From NCBI GenBank assembly GCA_000165345.1, contig CM000433.1:352001-416000 (forward strand): DNA of 64,000 bases, read 5' to 3'. This document shows positions 1-12,759 of this stretch, piece by piece (the stretch's first letter is position 1; the number at the start of each line of letters is the position of its first letter). A program made the translations under genes and the position numbers. The notes beneath the pieces were generated by a model. The model did not search any database and was not told the origin of the DNA. It worked only from the letters and a program-made list of their open reading frames with translations.

Positions 1-1238
1 TAGATGACTTTAATAATGGAGAATTAAACTTATCAAGCACTTCTAGCGAACAGGTAGATGAGCCTAGCAAGAGGATTGATAAAGTTGATTTTTCAACTGA
101 GAGTAGCAATAACAATCTTTCGAAAAATGTTAACAGCAGCGATCTAAATATTAAGAAAATCGATTTAAACGAACAGTTAGAGTTGAATAATTTTTCAGAA
201 ATTGAAGAGAAAAAGTTAGATTCAGAAATTAATAATAATGAAATAGATACTATCAATGAATCCAATATTCTAGATGAGATAAATTTTAATAATACCCAGA
301 ATTTGCCTATGGATAGCGGGCTTCCATTTCTCGATTCAAAAGTAGACTCTAAAAAATTGTTTGAAAATGATGAATACAATCTTTCAGAATTGGGAAGCTA
401 TAAAAGAAAAAATAAGTCTTTAGCAGAATATAGTGAAAGCTGCGATTCTATTAAAACTGAAGAAATAAATCATGATATATTTGAAGGCAGGAATAGAACT
501 AATAAAAAAAGATTAAGAAAAAAATCTTTAATTTCAGATGAAATTAGTGATAAACATATTACAAACAGCATCGATGAAAATTGTAATACTGAATTTAAGT
601 TATTACTGAATGAGACAATTCCGGCTACATATCAGGAGTCTGAACGAAAACTTGGAACTAGCATTGATTCTGAAACTTTTAATAAGGCTAATGAACAAAA
701 TTTCCTTATAATTCCAAGGAAGAAGTGTTTGGAGGCTACAAGTTCTATCTCTCTTTCCCCAAAGAGTGATCCTTGGGTTCCTAAGTCTGATTCAAATTTC
801 AGCAAACATGATAACCAATTGGATGATACTTCTCAGTCACATATACAAAAAATGAGAGGTTACAATTGGCAAGCAGATCAAAAACGACAAAGACAATCCG
901 ATCAACGGAGACCTGTTCAAGTTTCTTCTTGTCACAAAAATTACTATTATCAAAGCAAACATAGGATACTAACTGGTTATGAATCTCATAACAAGCATTA
1001 CCCGAGACATAGGAATAATCCAAATTCGGATTTTGCCAATCACCACTCTAGCAGCTTCTTCAATAATTCTCACTATTATTCACAAAATAACTTGTCTGGA
1101 AATCAATTAATGCAACAAATGCCTGTAAACGAGCCTAATTATGATTATGCAAATTTTAAAGGGTACTTAAATTCAAAGTATAGTTCTAGTAACTCAAATT
1201 CAACAAACTCAACAAATAGACATTATCGTGGACGTTAG
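1..1238 (+). CDS. Low-complexity N/S/K-rich protein, 5'-truncated by the window edge (open frame from position 3, no stop until 1236-1238)
   Basis: The reading frame of ORF 183..1238 stays open back to the window start (codons from position 3: DDFNNGELNLSSTSSEQVDEPSKR...). The first ATG is therefore not the real start. No recognisable domain. Confidence 0.5.
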   Translation, partial: DDFNNGELNLSSTSSEQVDEPSKRIDKVDFSTESSNNNLSKNVNSSDLNIKKIDLNEQLELNNFSEIEEKKLDSEINNNEIDTINESNILDEINFNNTQNLPMDSGLPFLDSKVDSKKLFENDEYNLSELGSYKRKNKSLAEYSESCDSIKTEEINHDIFEGRNRTNKKRLRKKSLISDEISDKHITNSIDENCNTEFKLLLNETIPATYQESERKLGTSIDSETFNKANEQNFLIIPRKKCLEATSSISLSPKSDPWVPKSDSNFSKHDNQLDDTSQSHIQKMRGYNWQADQKRQRQSDQRRPVQVSSCHKNYYYQSKHRILTGYESHNKHYPRHRNNPNSDFANHHSSSFFNNSHYYSQNNLSGNQLMQQMPVNEPNYDYANFKGYLNSKYSSSNSNSTNSTNRHYRGR

Positions 1239-1418
1239 CAGACAACTCAAAGGTTTATTATATATGCTCTATGAATTTGTTTAGTGAATATTTAATTGCT
1301 AATTTTTAGTTTTGTTTCATTGCAATTAGATTCTATTATAAATTTTTTTATCTGTCGCAAAAGTTTATTGCGCCAAGGAATAATGCTTTAACTATTGTCT
1401 AAATGAGTAAGAATAAAA

Positions 1419-3065
1419 ATGAGCATACTTAGGAAAGATTCATTCTTTTCAATATGCTTCCTATTGATTAGCGCAGCTACAGGCATGGGAGTATTAACTC
1501 TTCCATGGGCATTTCGACAGACTGGACTGTTTTTGGGAATAATTGTATTGTTATATTGGAGCATTTTATGCAGCACAACGATATATTTTTTAATAATGGG
1601 AGGATTACACTACAAAGTCTCTAATATTACTGAATTAATGTATTATAGTATTCTTGGTGAAGCAAAAATTGAAAATACCCCAATTGAAGCCGAATTGAGT
1701 TCAGTTGGAAGCAAAAAAAGAGTGAAGATAGCGTCAAAAGTCGCAGTATTATGCGATGTACTCATTTTATTTGATTGTTTGTTCATTATTCCTTGCTTAT
1801 TAATTTTTCTTTCAGATTTTCTTATCCCAATTAATATTCTTGTTCAACAAGAGCTGCCCAAGTTATCAATTCGTTATCCAGGTCTTGAAAAATCTTCTCT
1901 GGCGAAGCTGTTTTATAATCTGTTTTTTTCTATTTCACTTTTTTTTACAGAAAGATATCGATGCATAATATTCTTTTGCGTAATCGTTTTTTTGTTATGC
2001 ATACCGAATAATTTCTCTGCTGTAAAATTGGTATCAGTTTTGTCCGTATTTTCATCTGTTTCTACTGCCATCATCATAATTTATTTTGGATTGAGTTCAA
2101 ACCAACCACCAGAATGCCAAAGTGGGATTATGGCTGCAAACACCAACTTCTGCAGAGAAGGAAAAATAGAGCTATTTAATTACAACTCTATTAGGGAGTT
2201 TTGGAAAATAACAAGCGTTTCAAATATTATTTTGTTTTCTCATTTCTGCCACTTGATATTAATCCCTACAACAAAAAATATTCATCATATGTCAACAAGG
2301 AAAATAAAAGGAATTGTAATAACATTTGTATCTGCTATTTTTATTTTTAATTGTTCGGTTGGAATATCTGGATATTCAATCTTTAGGTCGAACACATTAC
2401 CAAATATTATCAGCAACTTTGCATACAATGACCCTTTAATTGTTCTAGTAAGGGTCTATTTGACACTATCATTAACTGTCACAGTATGTATGGAAATAAT
2501 ACCATTAATAGATAGTTTTTCCTCGACTGTTATGTTTTTATTCAAGTCAATTGGTAGTTTAATCGATAAAAGAAAATCCGAAATAGAGATAACTAGTTCT
2601 ATTAAAAATTCAGAGCCAAATTTAACAGCAGATGAAGAAACGAACTCCAATCAATGCACATCTACACTGGCGTCTACTGTTAATCTGACTCCATATTTTG
2701 GAATTAACGAACAAAAAGAAAAAAATAATGAACAGGCAGATTCTAGTATGAAAAAATGTCGATGTAATCGTTCAAATTTCATGTTTTTGTCAAAAGATAA
2801 GCTAGTTAAAATATTGAACTTAATTATTGTCCTTACATTCTCAGGTATTATGGCAATCGGGTTCAGCTCCGTTGCCAAGTTAATTCAGGTCACAGGGGGA
2901 ACACTTGATGGGATATTTGTGTTTATTATTCCTGCGTGGGTATACTATTCAACATACTTCAAGCATCACAACAAGATATTTGGGATAACATTGTTATCTT
3001 TATACTTTGTGAATTTTGTCGTAGCCTCTCTTTCGGGAATTGTAGGACTATTTAAAGTGGAATAG
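1419..3065 (+). CDS. Transmembrane amino acid transporter (AAAP / Aa_trans family), about 11 TM helices
   Basis: N-terminus ATGMGVLTLPWAFRQTGLFLGIIVLLYWSILCSTTIYFL matches the conserved Aa_trans start motif (GaGvLsLPyAf.q.Gw..G). Multiple hydrophobic helices throughout the 548 aa. Confidence 0.6.
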   Translation: MSILRKDSFFSICFLLISAATGMGVLTLPWAFRQTGLFLGIIVLLYWSILCSTTIYFLIMGGLHYKVSNITELMYYSILGEAKIENTPIEAELSSVGSKKRVKIASKVAVLCDVLILFDCLFIIPCLLIFLSDFLIPINILVQQELPKLSIRYPGLEKSSLAKLFYNLFFSISLFFTERYRCIIFFCVIVFLLCIPNNFSAVKLVSVLSVFSSVSTAIIIIYFGLSSNQPPECQSGIMAANTNFCREGKIELFNYNSIREFWKITSVSNIILFSHFCHLILIPTTKNIHHMSTRKIKGIVITFVSAIFIFNCSVGISGYSIFRSNTLPNIISNFAYNDPLIVLVRVYLTLSLTVTVCMEIIPLIDSFSSTVMFLFKSIGSLIDKRKSEIEITSSIKNSEPNLTADEETNSNQCTSTLASTVNLTPYFGINEQKEKNNEQADSSMKKCRCNRSNFMFLSKDKLVKILNLIIVLTFSGIMAIGFSSVAKLIQVTGGTLDGIFVFIIPAWVYYSTYFKHHNKIFGITLLSLYFVNFVVASLSGIVGLFKVE

Positions 3066-3318
3066 AAATACACAAGACACTATCTAGTACAAAAGTTGTT
3101 ACTCGAGGGAGATCGGAAAGTTACAGAGTCATCTATACCAAAAATTATCATTATTACGTGTATTCACACTTGACTATCTGCAATATATTCTATACATTCG
3201 ATAAACAATTCTTTTTCTCTAAATTGTAACTTATTTAAAAAAAAATTTGAAGTTCGAGTAAATAAAGTTGAAGTTTTGTAGAAAGAACATTTGAGTGTTT
3301 GCTGTGGAACTTGTTAGA

Positions 3319-4248
3319 CTAGCAAGAACATAATCCAACCTTTTTACCCATATTATATTTGACTCTCTTTTGCTTGCCATTTACAGTAAGTATTCCTTCA
3401 CCATGACGGAAATCCCTAAAAAATTCGCCATCAAAAATATCACCATTAGACTCTGTCATGATACCTTTACCCTGTCTTATCCCATTTACAACTTCTCCAG
3501 TGTACTTTCCACCATCAGGGTAAATAATTGCAGCATCACCATCGACCTGGCCATCTTTCCAATTTGCCTTTAGCACGCGATTATCCTCTGCAAATGTTAG
3601 TGAGCCTGGCCCATCTGTGAGACCATTTTTGAATCCACCAACATAGTAGTTTCCATTTGAATAAGTATACTTTCCCTGCCCATTGGGTGCGCCATTCTGG
3701 AAATCTCCCTCATATGAACTACTGTCACTGAACTTCAAGAGACCATGGCCATGCTCTTTACCGTCAAACCATTCTCCTGTGTACACTGATCCATCCGTAT
3801 ATCTGGATGTACCTTGTCCGTTTCTCATGTCTCTCGAGTACTGGCCTTCATATATTCTTCCAGTTGCAAGCTTGTAAACACCAAACCCTTCCTTAACTCC
3901 ATCTTTGTATTCACCCTCAAATCTGTCACCATTTGGCCAGGTATATATTCCATGACCACACTTAACGCCTCTTACATACTCTCCCTCAAAGACTTCGCCA
4001 TTAGACCATCTATAGATCCCATGACCCCATTTTATATCATCTTTGTAATAGCCTTCAAATTTATCTCCATTCGCCCATGTATAAACCCCATAGCCGTTCT
4101 TAAGACCGTTGGAATACTCACCTTCATAAACATCTCCAGTATTGACTTTATAAACTCCATTTCCATGTTTGAGGCCCTTTTCGTTAACATCGCCCTCATA
4201 TACACCATTTGGATCTGTAATTACTGCTCTACGACTAACTCCTGACAT
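3319..4248 (-). CDS. MORN-repeat protein (about 12 tandem MORN units)
   Basis: Repeated YEGEYSNGLKNGYGVYTWANGDKFEGYYKDDIKWGHG units match the MORN consensus (YeGewkngkkhGkGv..wadGd.YeG). Overlapping + strand ORFs (3370..4245) are frame artifacts. Confidence 0.85.
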   Translation of the reverse strand: MSGVSRRAVITDPNGVYEGDVNEKGLKHGNGVYKVNTGDVYEGEYSNGLKNGYGVYTWANGDKFEGYYKDDIKWGHGIYRWSNGEVFEGEYVRGVKCGHGIYTWPNGDRFEGEYKDGVKEGFGVYKLATGRIYEGQYSRDMRNGQGTSRYTDGSVYTGEWFDGKEHGHGLLKFSDSSSYEGDFQNGAPNGQGKYTYSNGNYYVGGFKNGLTDGPGSLTFAEDNRVLKANWKDGQVDGDAAIIYPDGGKYTGEVVNGIRQGKGIMTESNGDIFDGEFFRDFRHGEGILTVNGKQKRVKYNMGKKVGLCSC

Positions 4249-4821
4249 GATTTATATAAATTTGTTGAGCTCACAACGAATATGGTAATATTAATACTTA
4301 TCACGTGCGAAAAGCAAAAACAGCATTACCTCACAAAAATATTCACCCAGTTAAATAGGTATAAACAGTATTAAAGTTTAAATAAACTATATGGAAACGG
4401 CACGTCTACGTCTCGACCATGTGAGTACATTTGAGACGTATATTGCCGCCTTAAATTTTTTTTTAATATTAAGTTTTTTAGAGAAGTGCAATGGTTCAAA
4501 GTTCGAGGAAAATGCTAAATTCCAATTTTGACTTTTAGATTAAGCAAATCTTTTGTATGTGTTTAAATTACCACGCCTCTGATTCACTGTCCAACTAGCT
4601 GTCTGTAAATCTGTTTGTTGCCATTGAATATGTAATTTACTATAATTTGGTCTTTGCGATACCCAATTATTTTTATTTAACCTAGATTATATTTATGGGA
4701 AGTTTATTGATTTTTTTTTTCCGCCAACTCAATCTTTAAAAAACTTCTTTTTGGCCGCTCTGAGCTTCATCAAACTCTCAGTAGTCTATTTATTATTGCT
4801 ATTTCACTCGAATAAATCACA

Positions 4822-5379
4822 ATGCCAAAAAAGGTTTTAGTTGCTCTCGCAAACGGATTCGAAGAAATTGAATTCGTAACTCCAGTTGATATTCTGAGAA
4901 GGGCGGACCTGAATGTTACAATAGCAGTTTCAGGAGATTGCAAAAGAGTTATGGGAGCACACGGGATAACTATTATGGGTGACAAGTTGTTGGATGAGGT
5001 ATTGTCTGAAGATTACGATTTAGTCATGTGCCCTGGCGGAATGGATTGCGCAATTAAGCTTGGGAGTGATCAAAATTTATTGAAAATATTGCGTGAAACG
5101 AAAAAAAAAGGTGGAATAATAGCTTCTATTTGTGCTTCTCCTGTTATTGTATTTGAGAAAAATGGTCTACTTTCAGACGTTGAAAAGGCAGTTAGTTATC
5201 CATCTATGATGAACGAACTTAATAGGCCAGACAGCTCAAATGCAGCAGTTTGCGTGAGCTCTAATGTGGTAACCTCACAGGGACCAGGAACTTCTGTTTT
5301 ATTTGGTTTAAAGCTTGTAGAAATGTTGTGTGGAGTGGAAAAATCGAAGTTAATTGCAGATACAATAGTTGCAGCTTGA
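4822..5379 (+). CDS. DJ-1/PfpI (ThiJ) family protein
   Basis: KKVLVALANGFEEIEFVTPVDILRRADLNVTIA...VMCPGGMDCAIKL...GGIIASICASPV aligns with human DJ-1 along its length, including the nucleophile-elbow Cys (ICAsP). Confidence 0.9.
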   Translation: MPKKVLVALANGFEEIEFVTPVDILRRADLNVTIAVSGDCKRVMGAHGITIMGDKLLDEVLSEDYDLVMCPGGMDCAIKLGSDQNLLKILRETKKKGGIIASICASPVIVFEKNGLLSDVEKAVSYPSMMNELNRPDSSNAAVCVSSNVVTSQGPGTSVLFGLKLVEMLCGVEKSKLIADTIVAA

Positions 5380-5543
5380 ATATTGAATTTATTATTTCAT
5401 AAATGGACAATTTGTCAGCTTTTTGGAATAATAAGTTTATATCACTTCAATAAGATAGAATATTTAAAAGTGTGTAATAATTCTATCTGCACGCTTGTGT
5501 GTTCATCAGTTAGGATCTTAGTTGCTTAGTGCATTAGCAATTA

Positions 5544-7691
<2,148 letters not shown>

Positions 7692-7927
7692 TCTTAGCAA
7701 AAACATAAAGCTAGGGATAGATTATTTTATTTAATACTACAAATTTTCATTAGTTTAATTTACTTTGGCTCATAAATATTAAATTCATAGATTTTGTGCG
7801 CGCGAGAGTTGTAGATGTATTGTCTTCTTGTGTGAAGAAGCATGCTATCAAAGGCAACGGAGCAAAAATCAATTTTCAAAGCATCAATCAAAAACATCTC
7901 TTTATTGCAAAAAAAAAAAAATTAAAA

Positions 7928-8401
7928 ATGGACAGTGGCCAACCTAGCGTTCCAACCATTCCTGCTTCATCAAGTATTTTACCTGTTTCAGGCGCCCCTT
8001 CAATTCCAACATTATATGCTCAACCTAAAACTTTTGTGCCAGTGGATTGCAGAGTAATGCCAGGATACCCATTTGCGAGCCTGGCAGGAGTTCCATGCGT
8101 AATTCCACCCCTCCCTGAAGATTTTGTTACACAAAAGTCAGATAAGGAAGGACCCCAAAACACTCAGAATCTTCCAGAACCACACCGTTTCCACAATGGG
8201 CAACCACTTAACCCGTATATATCTCCAACGGACCAAACAGTTATTGTCAATGCGCCATACCACCTTGCACAATTTAATCCAGTTAGCGGTTCTAGTATGT
8301 ATTCGCCTTGCAATCCATTTGTTGCATATCCTTATGGTATTCCTGCAAGGGGCCCAACTCCAGGTTCTCAACCAAAAAAAACAGGATTTTATGCATATTA
8401 G
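7928..8401 (+). CDS. Pro/Tyr-rich hypothetical protein (about 157 aa)
   Basis: ORF 7796..8401. The likely start is the ATG at 7928 (MDSGQPSVPTIP...) after an A13 run. P/S/Y-rich low complexity with no recognisable domain. Confidence 0.35.
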   Translation: MDSGQPSVPTIPASSSILPVSGAPSIPTLYAQPKTFVPVDCRVMPGYPFASLAGVPCVIPPLPEDFVTQKSDKEGPQNTQNLPEPHRFHNGQPLNPYISPTDQTVIVNAPYHLAQFNPVSGSSMYSPCNPFVAYPYGIPARGPTPGSQPKKTGFYAY

Positions 8402-8651
8402 TAGTTTTAATTTCGTTGAGGAATATAATGCGCATTAGTAAGCAATAGAATAGATTTTATTATTCAGGATTATTAATCAATTCCTTGTTCGTTTGTTTGA
8501 TGTTTACACTAATTAATTTTTATGAAAAATAATCTATAATTTGTAAAATCAGATTGCCGATCAAATTGATTTTAACTGATTTTCCCCACTGTTGTGCATT
8601 GAAGCGGGTATAGCTCACTTTAATAATAAATTACATTTTAATTATGCAAAA

Positions 8652-11600
8652 ATGAAGAGTGATGGAGAAATTATTCCGATGGTACTTGATTCTAATTCTA
8701 ATTGTGAGATTCCAGAGTATTCCTCTGAGAATAGTGACATCTTTAATGGCATTGAATTATCGTCAATTCCTTTAGATTCTCTGATTACTAGTAGTGAGTG
8801 GCAAATGAGAATGTATGGTTACAAAAAAGGAATGAAAGAAATAGAATCAGTAAATATTAGTGATGTTGAAAACCTATTTATTAAAAGTATTGTTAATGAT
8901 AAGAATATTTCATCACAAAATTTAGGAATACAATTTTTGACACTATATATTGAGCAATTTGGGTTGAAAATCAATAATTTACCAACTATTTGGAGAGACA
9001 GCATTTCTGAAATGCTAATTAAGAAGACACTGATTAATCCAAAGACATCAAGCTCGTCAATGAATTTAACATTTTCATTCTTTGAACAGTCATTATTAAT
9101 TGAAAATGGTAATTTAAATAAGACAGATTATTTGTGGGATGAGATGATAGATTTCATTAATAATAATAAGAAATCAAAAGGAATTGTAATAAAGCAAATT
9201 TTTGGGATTGTAAAATTATTTTCTAGCTTTATTGATAACTATGGAATTGAGTTTTCTCCTATTGCAAAATGGTTGAAGGTTATAGTTCCTTTGGTTGCTG
9301 ATTGCAGCGACAAAAGTACGAAGGAGTGCATTTATGAAATCCTTTCTATGATTAATCAGGATTCATCTTTAATGGAATCAATATCTTCTTTGTTAACACC
9401 TTTACAATTAAAGGAGGTGCAAAAGCGATCAATTGAAACGGAAGAAAAAAAAAAGAAACCAATCAGAAATCATTTTGTTGACAAAATAAAAGTTAGATTT
9501 CATTCAAGTATAATGAATAATTCTGTAGCTGTTAACAATAACGAGAGCTCAATTGATAGCTTTGATTTGATTGAACCTGTAGATGTAATGAAAATGCTTC
9601 CCTCTAACTGGCTTGATGTTATTTCTGATAAAGAACTTAAGTGGAATGAAAGAAAAATGATAATTGACAATTTCTGTAAGTTATGTGAGACTCACAAGAA
9701 GTTATTTATCAATCAAAATGATGTTAAGTCCAATATTACTCACTCCAACAAAAAGAATTTTTTTCCAACTATTAGTGATTATCAGAATTTGTTCAATATT
9801 TTACAAAGAATAATCAAATGTGAGGGAAATACTGCTTTGATTTTATCTGTTATTAGACTTTGCTCAAATCTTATAAAATGCCTCAGAGAAAAAATCGCAT
9901 CAATAGTTCGTCCTTTAACAACACAAATAATGATTAAAATTAAGGATCAGAATAAAATTGTGTGTACAGAGTCAATAAACTTTATAAATACTGTTTTAAA
10001 ATTTTCATTAAACTTGGACCAAATTTTTGATGATTTGTGCCAGTACGGTTATAAAGAGAAAGTTACCACTGCAAAATGCTCAGCTATCTCTATTTGTAAC
10101 AGTTTAATAGATGAAATCATTGAAAAGAATAATATTATGGAAAGGCATTCAAAAGGTTTAAAACAATTGATTAATGTTATTCCTTCCTGTTTTGATGACG
10201 CTTCAATACATGTTAGATCTTCTGCTTGCGTTTTACTTATAAAGCTTAAAAATCCATGTTTTGGAGAAGAAATTAGTTCAATTCTACAGAAGATAATATT
10301 TGGACTACATATTAGCAAACAAAAACTGATCATTGAAACAGAAAGAAAATTGGGAATTAAATCATCTACAATAATCAATACAAACACTACAAGCGACAAA
10401 AATATTCATTCAAAAGCTCTTTCATTATCTATTAAAGCCACGCATCCTCCTCCAAACTCAGCCAATTCAACACCAAATAATGAGTCAACACAATCAAACA
10501 GAAATTCTTTGTCGAATATTGGACTTTACAAGCAAATTGAAACACAAAATAAAGGCTCAGTTGGTGTTGAAGCGACTGAAAATACTAGTATTAATCGTTT
10601 ATTGCCTATCAAAAATAAGAATGGAGATTCTAATTTAAGTATGAGACTAAATTCTAATACTAAATTTATTGAAAGTTCAACTAATTTAGTTAATGAAAGC
10701 CATATTCACAATTCAGAAGCTTTTCCAACTATTTTAAACTCAATTTCATCAAAAAGTGATCAAAAAATAAATTTTTTTGAAAGGCTGTCGAATAAAGAAC
10801 AAGTAAATTTACAAGTTTTATCTTGCTCTGAAAAGAAAAATTTTTATTATGTTGACCCAACAGATGATAGAAATTACATTTTTAATCTTCCAGAGTCAGA
10901 AATAATTTTTGAAACTTGTGGATCAGATTTAATTTCTTTAAAAGAATATATTAAGCCCTTTATTTCAGATCACCTATTTATTAATATGTTTTCGAGTGAA
11001 CAAATTCAATTAGACTTTTCTATAAATTTTTGGGAAAGATTTTGTAATTTTTTAAGAAAATCAACAAACAAAAAGTTTACTCTTTTTTATTTTTTCTTCA
11101 GATGGATTACATATTACGTTGAAATGGAAATAGCAGCGAATTATGAACGTATAATTATCTCCTTAATAAATATTTTTTCATTGCAAGGAAGAGAATATAA
11201 TGCAAAATTTAGCTATAATATTATTTATAATATAATTCTAATTGTTATTAATATTATTATCAAGGACCTACAGATCTTCGATAAATCAAATATTCTTTCA
11301 AATTATGAAATTTCTAAATATGAGAAGATTATTTTCCTTATAATGGAAAAAGGCTTGACATTAAATACTTATTTTGAAACTGAAGAGAAACAAGGGTCGT
11401 TTAATCAATTGAATAATACATCATTTATATTGAATACAGCCATTAACTCTTCATTAGGAAACCTTGGGAATCCTGAAAAGAAACTAAACCTGATTAATAA
11501 CTATTTAAATATATTTACTGATTGCTCTAACTTCCTAAAAAATTTTGGTACTTCTAACATTCACTCATTGATTGATTTTGCCGAACGCAATAAATCAAAT

Positions 11601-12731
11601 ATAGAAATTTGCGAATCTGTAAATAGCATACTTTCAAGAATTTCTAATATTATTGGAGAAAAACTATGGAACACTATTTTAATATCTTTTCCAGATATCC
11701 CAATTAATAAATACTATAATTCAAACATCTCTGAATCATTAAATGACGACATCAATTCCAATTTAATATTTGTCAATACATTAGAGTACGAGACTATTAA
11801 ACTCTTCAATATTATTGGTTCCACAGGAAACCCTAAGGACACTGGAGTTTTTCTCAATAACGTTGCATCAATTATTTTGAAAAAAATTGGGACTAATTTG
11901 GGAATAATAAATAATAAATTAAACTATACTTTAGAAAAAATAGATGAAATAACAAAAATACTTGATAACAGTTTCATGAATACGCTATTGATAGAAAATA
12001 TCGCATACTTTTCAGAAATATCAATACATTTGTACTTTTCATTAACCAAATTAGGAACAAGTAAATTTAAAGTAATAAATGAAATATTCAGTGATGAGCA
12101 AACAGAAAATCTATTTTTCAGGGCAATTGAATATTTAGATAAGTTTACAAATACATTTCAGTCTATTCTGGTAAAGGAGGAATTTCCAATAAAAGAGTTA
12201 ATGGCCAATACATTATTCATAATGAGCAATTATTTGATTTGGAAAGAATACATAAAAGATGAAAATCAAAAAATCAAGCTAGTCAATTCACTTAACAATA
12301 TAATGGGAGTTAATATAATTTCATCTTTTCAACAAGAATTACCAAGATTAATTAAAATTATCATAGAAGTAATTTTGTTTGGAATGAAGCCAAATAATCA
12401 GACAATTTTTGACCATGATTTATTGAATAGATTGCTACCAAAGGTATTAAGGAGGACGAAAGTTTATTTATCTAAAAATAATAATGATGATTTTCAAATT
12501 AAAGACATTAATCGTTGTTTCGAGCTCGCGATTAATAAAGAAACAAATCCAGATTCTTGTGAATTAATAATTATTATCGACTTTATGCTTGAGTATTTAT
12601 TATTATTACTGGAAAATGGATTAGATATTAATAAATACGAGGAATTTAAATTGCTTCTAACTAAAGTACTAGGCAAAATAGATAGAGATAGTTTCCAAAG
12701 CAAGATTTGGAAAATAAAATCAATGTTGTAA
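8652..12731 (+). CDS. Large TOG/HEAT-repeat protein, XMAP215/Dis1/ch-TOG-like microtubule-associated protein (about 1359 aa)
   Basis: The ORF track starts at an alternative start codon (8592); the in-frame ATG is at 8652. The segment LPSNWLDVISDKELKWNERKMIIDNFCKL...NTALILSVIRLCSNLIKCLREKIASIVRPLTTQIMIKIKDQNKIV resembles the start of a TOG domain (LPkdfydkLeakkWqeRkeaLeave.l). Helical repeat character throughout. Confidence 0.5.
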   Translation: MKSDGEIIPMVLDSNSNCEIPEYSSENSDIFNGIELSSIPLDSLITSSEWQMRMYGYKKGMKEIESVNISDVENLFIKSIVNDKNISSQNLGIQFLTLYIEQFGLKINNLPTIWRDSISEMLIKKTLINPKTSSSSMNLTFSFFEQSLLIENGNLNKTDYLWDEMIDFINNNKKSKGIVIKQIFGIVKLFSSFIDNYGIEFSPIAKWLKVIVPLVADCSDKSTKECIYEILSMINQDSSLMESISSLLTPLQLKEVQKRSIETEEKKKKPIRNHFVDKIKVRFHSSIMNNSVAVNNNESSIDSFDLIEPVDVMKMLPSNWLDVISDKELKWNERKMIIDNFCKLCETHKKLFINQNDVKSNITHSNKKNFFPTISDYQNLFNILQRIIKCEGNTALILSVIRLCSNLIKCLREKIASIVRPLTTQIMIKIKDQNKIVCTESINFINTVLKFSLNLDQIFDDLCQYGYKEKVTTAKCSAISICNSLIDEIIEKNNIMERHSKGLKQLINVIPSCFDDASIHVRSSACVLLIKLKNPCFGEEISSILQKIIFGLHISKQKLIIETERKLGIKSSTIINTNTTSDKNIHSKALSLSIKATHPPPNSANSTPNNESTQSNRNSLSNIGLYKQIETQNKGSVGVEATENTSINRLLPIKNKNGDSNLSMRLNSNTKFIESSTNLVNESHIHNSEAFPTILNSISSKSDQKINFFERLSNKEQVNLQVLSCSEKKNFYYVDPTDDRNYIFNLPESEIIFETCGSDLISLKEYIKPFISDHLFINMFSSEQIQLDFSINFWERFCNFLRKSTNKKFTLFYFFFRWITYYVEMEIAANYERIIISLINIFSLQGREYNAKFSYNIIYNIILIVINIIIKDLQIFDKSNILSNYEISKYEKIIFLIMEKGLTLNTYFETEEKQGSFNQLNNTSFILNTAINSSLGNLGNPEKKLNLINNYLNIFTDCSNFLKNFGTSNIHSLIDFAERNKSNIEICESVNSILSRISNIIGEKLWNTILISFPDIPINKYYNSNISESLNDDINSNLIFVNTLEYETIKLFNIIGSTGNPKDTGVFLNNVASIILKKIGTNLGIINNKLNYTLEKIDEITKILDNSFMNTLLIENIAYFSEISIHLYFSLTKLGTSKFKVINEIFSDEQTENLFFRAIEYLDKFTNTFQSILVKEEFPIKELMANTLFIMSNYLIWKEYIKDENQKIKLVNSLNNIMGVNIISSFQQELPRLIKIIIEVILFGMKPNNQTIFDHDLLNRLLPKVLRRTKVYLSKNNNDDFQIKDINRCFELAINKETNPDSCELIIIIDFMLEYLLLLLENGLDINKYEEFKLLLTKVLGKIDRDSFQSKIWKIKSML

Positions 12732-12759
12732 ATATAAAACAATGTTTATTCTAATATAG

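Noticed and set aside
3370-4245. Plus-strand ORFs (3370..3573, 3683..3877, 3814..4245) overlapping the MORN gene
   Set aside because: These are frame artifacts of the repetitive G/Y/E-rich MORN coding sequence on the opposite strand. They are low-complexity translations with no start context.
4404-4437. Inverted repeat acgtctc...gagacgt (7-bp stem, 18-nt loop) in the MORN/DJ-1 intergenic region
   Set aside because: It is short and isolated, with no flanking tRNA-like or snoRNA box features. It is most likely chance.
8592-8651. Upstream extension of the TOG-like gene to 8592, and of other ORFs to non-ATG starts (183, 16250, 21884, 29702, 51952)
   Set aside because: The ORF track evidently uses TTG/GTG as starts. 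In each case an in-frame ATG (8652, 16256, 29741) or a spliced upstream exon gives a better gene model.
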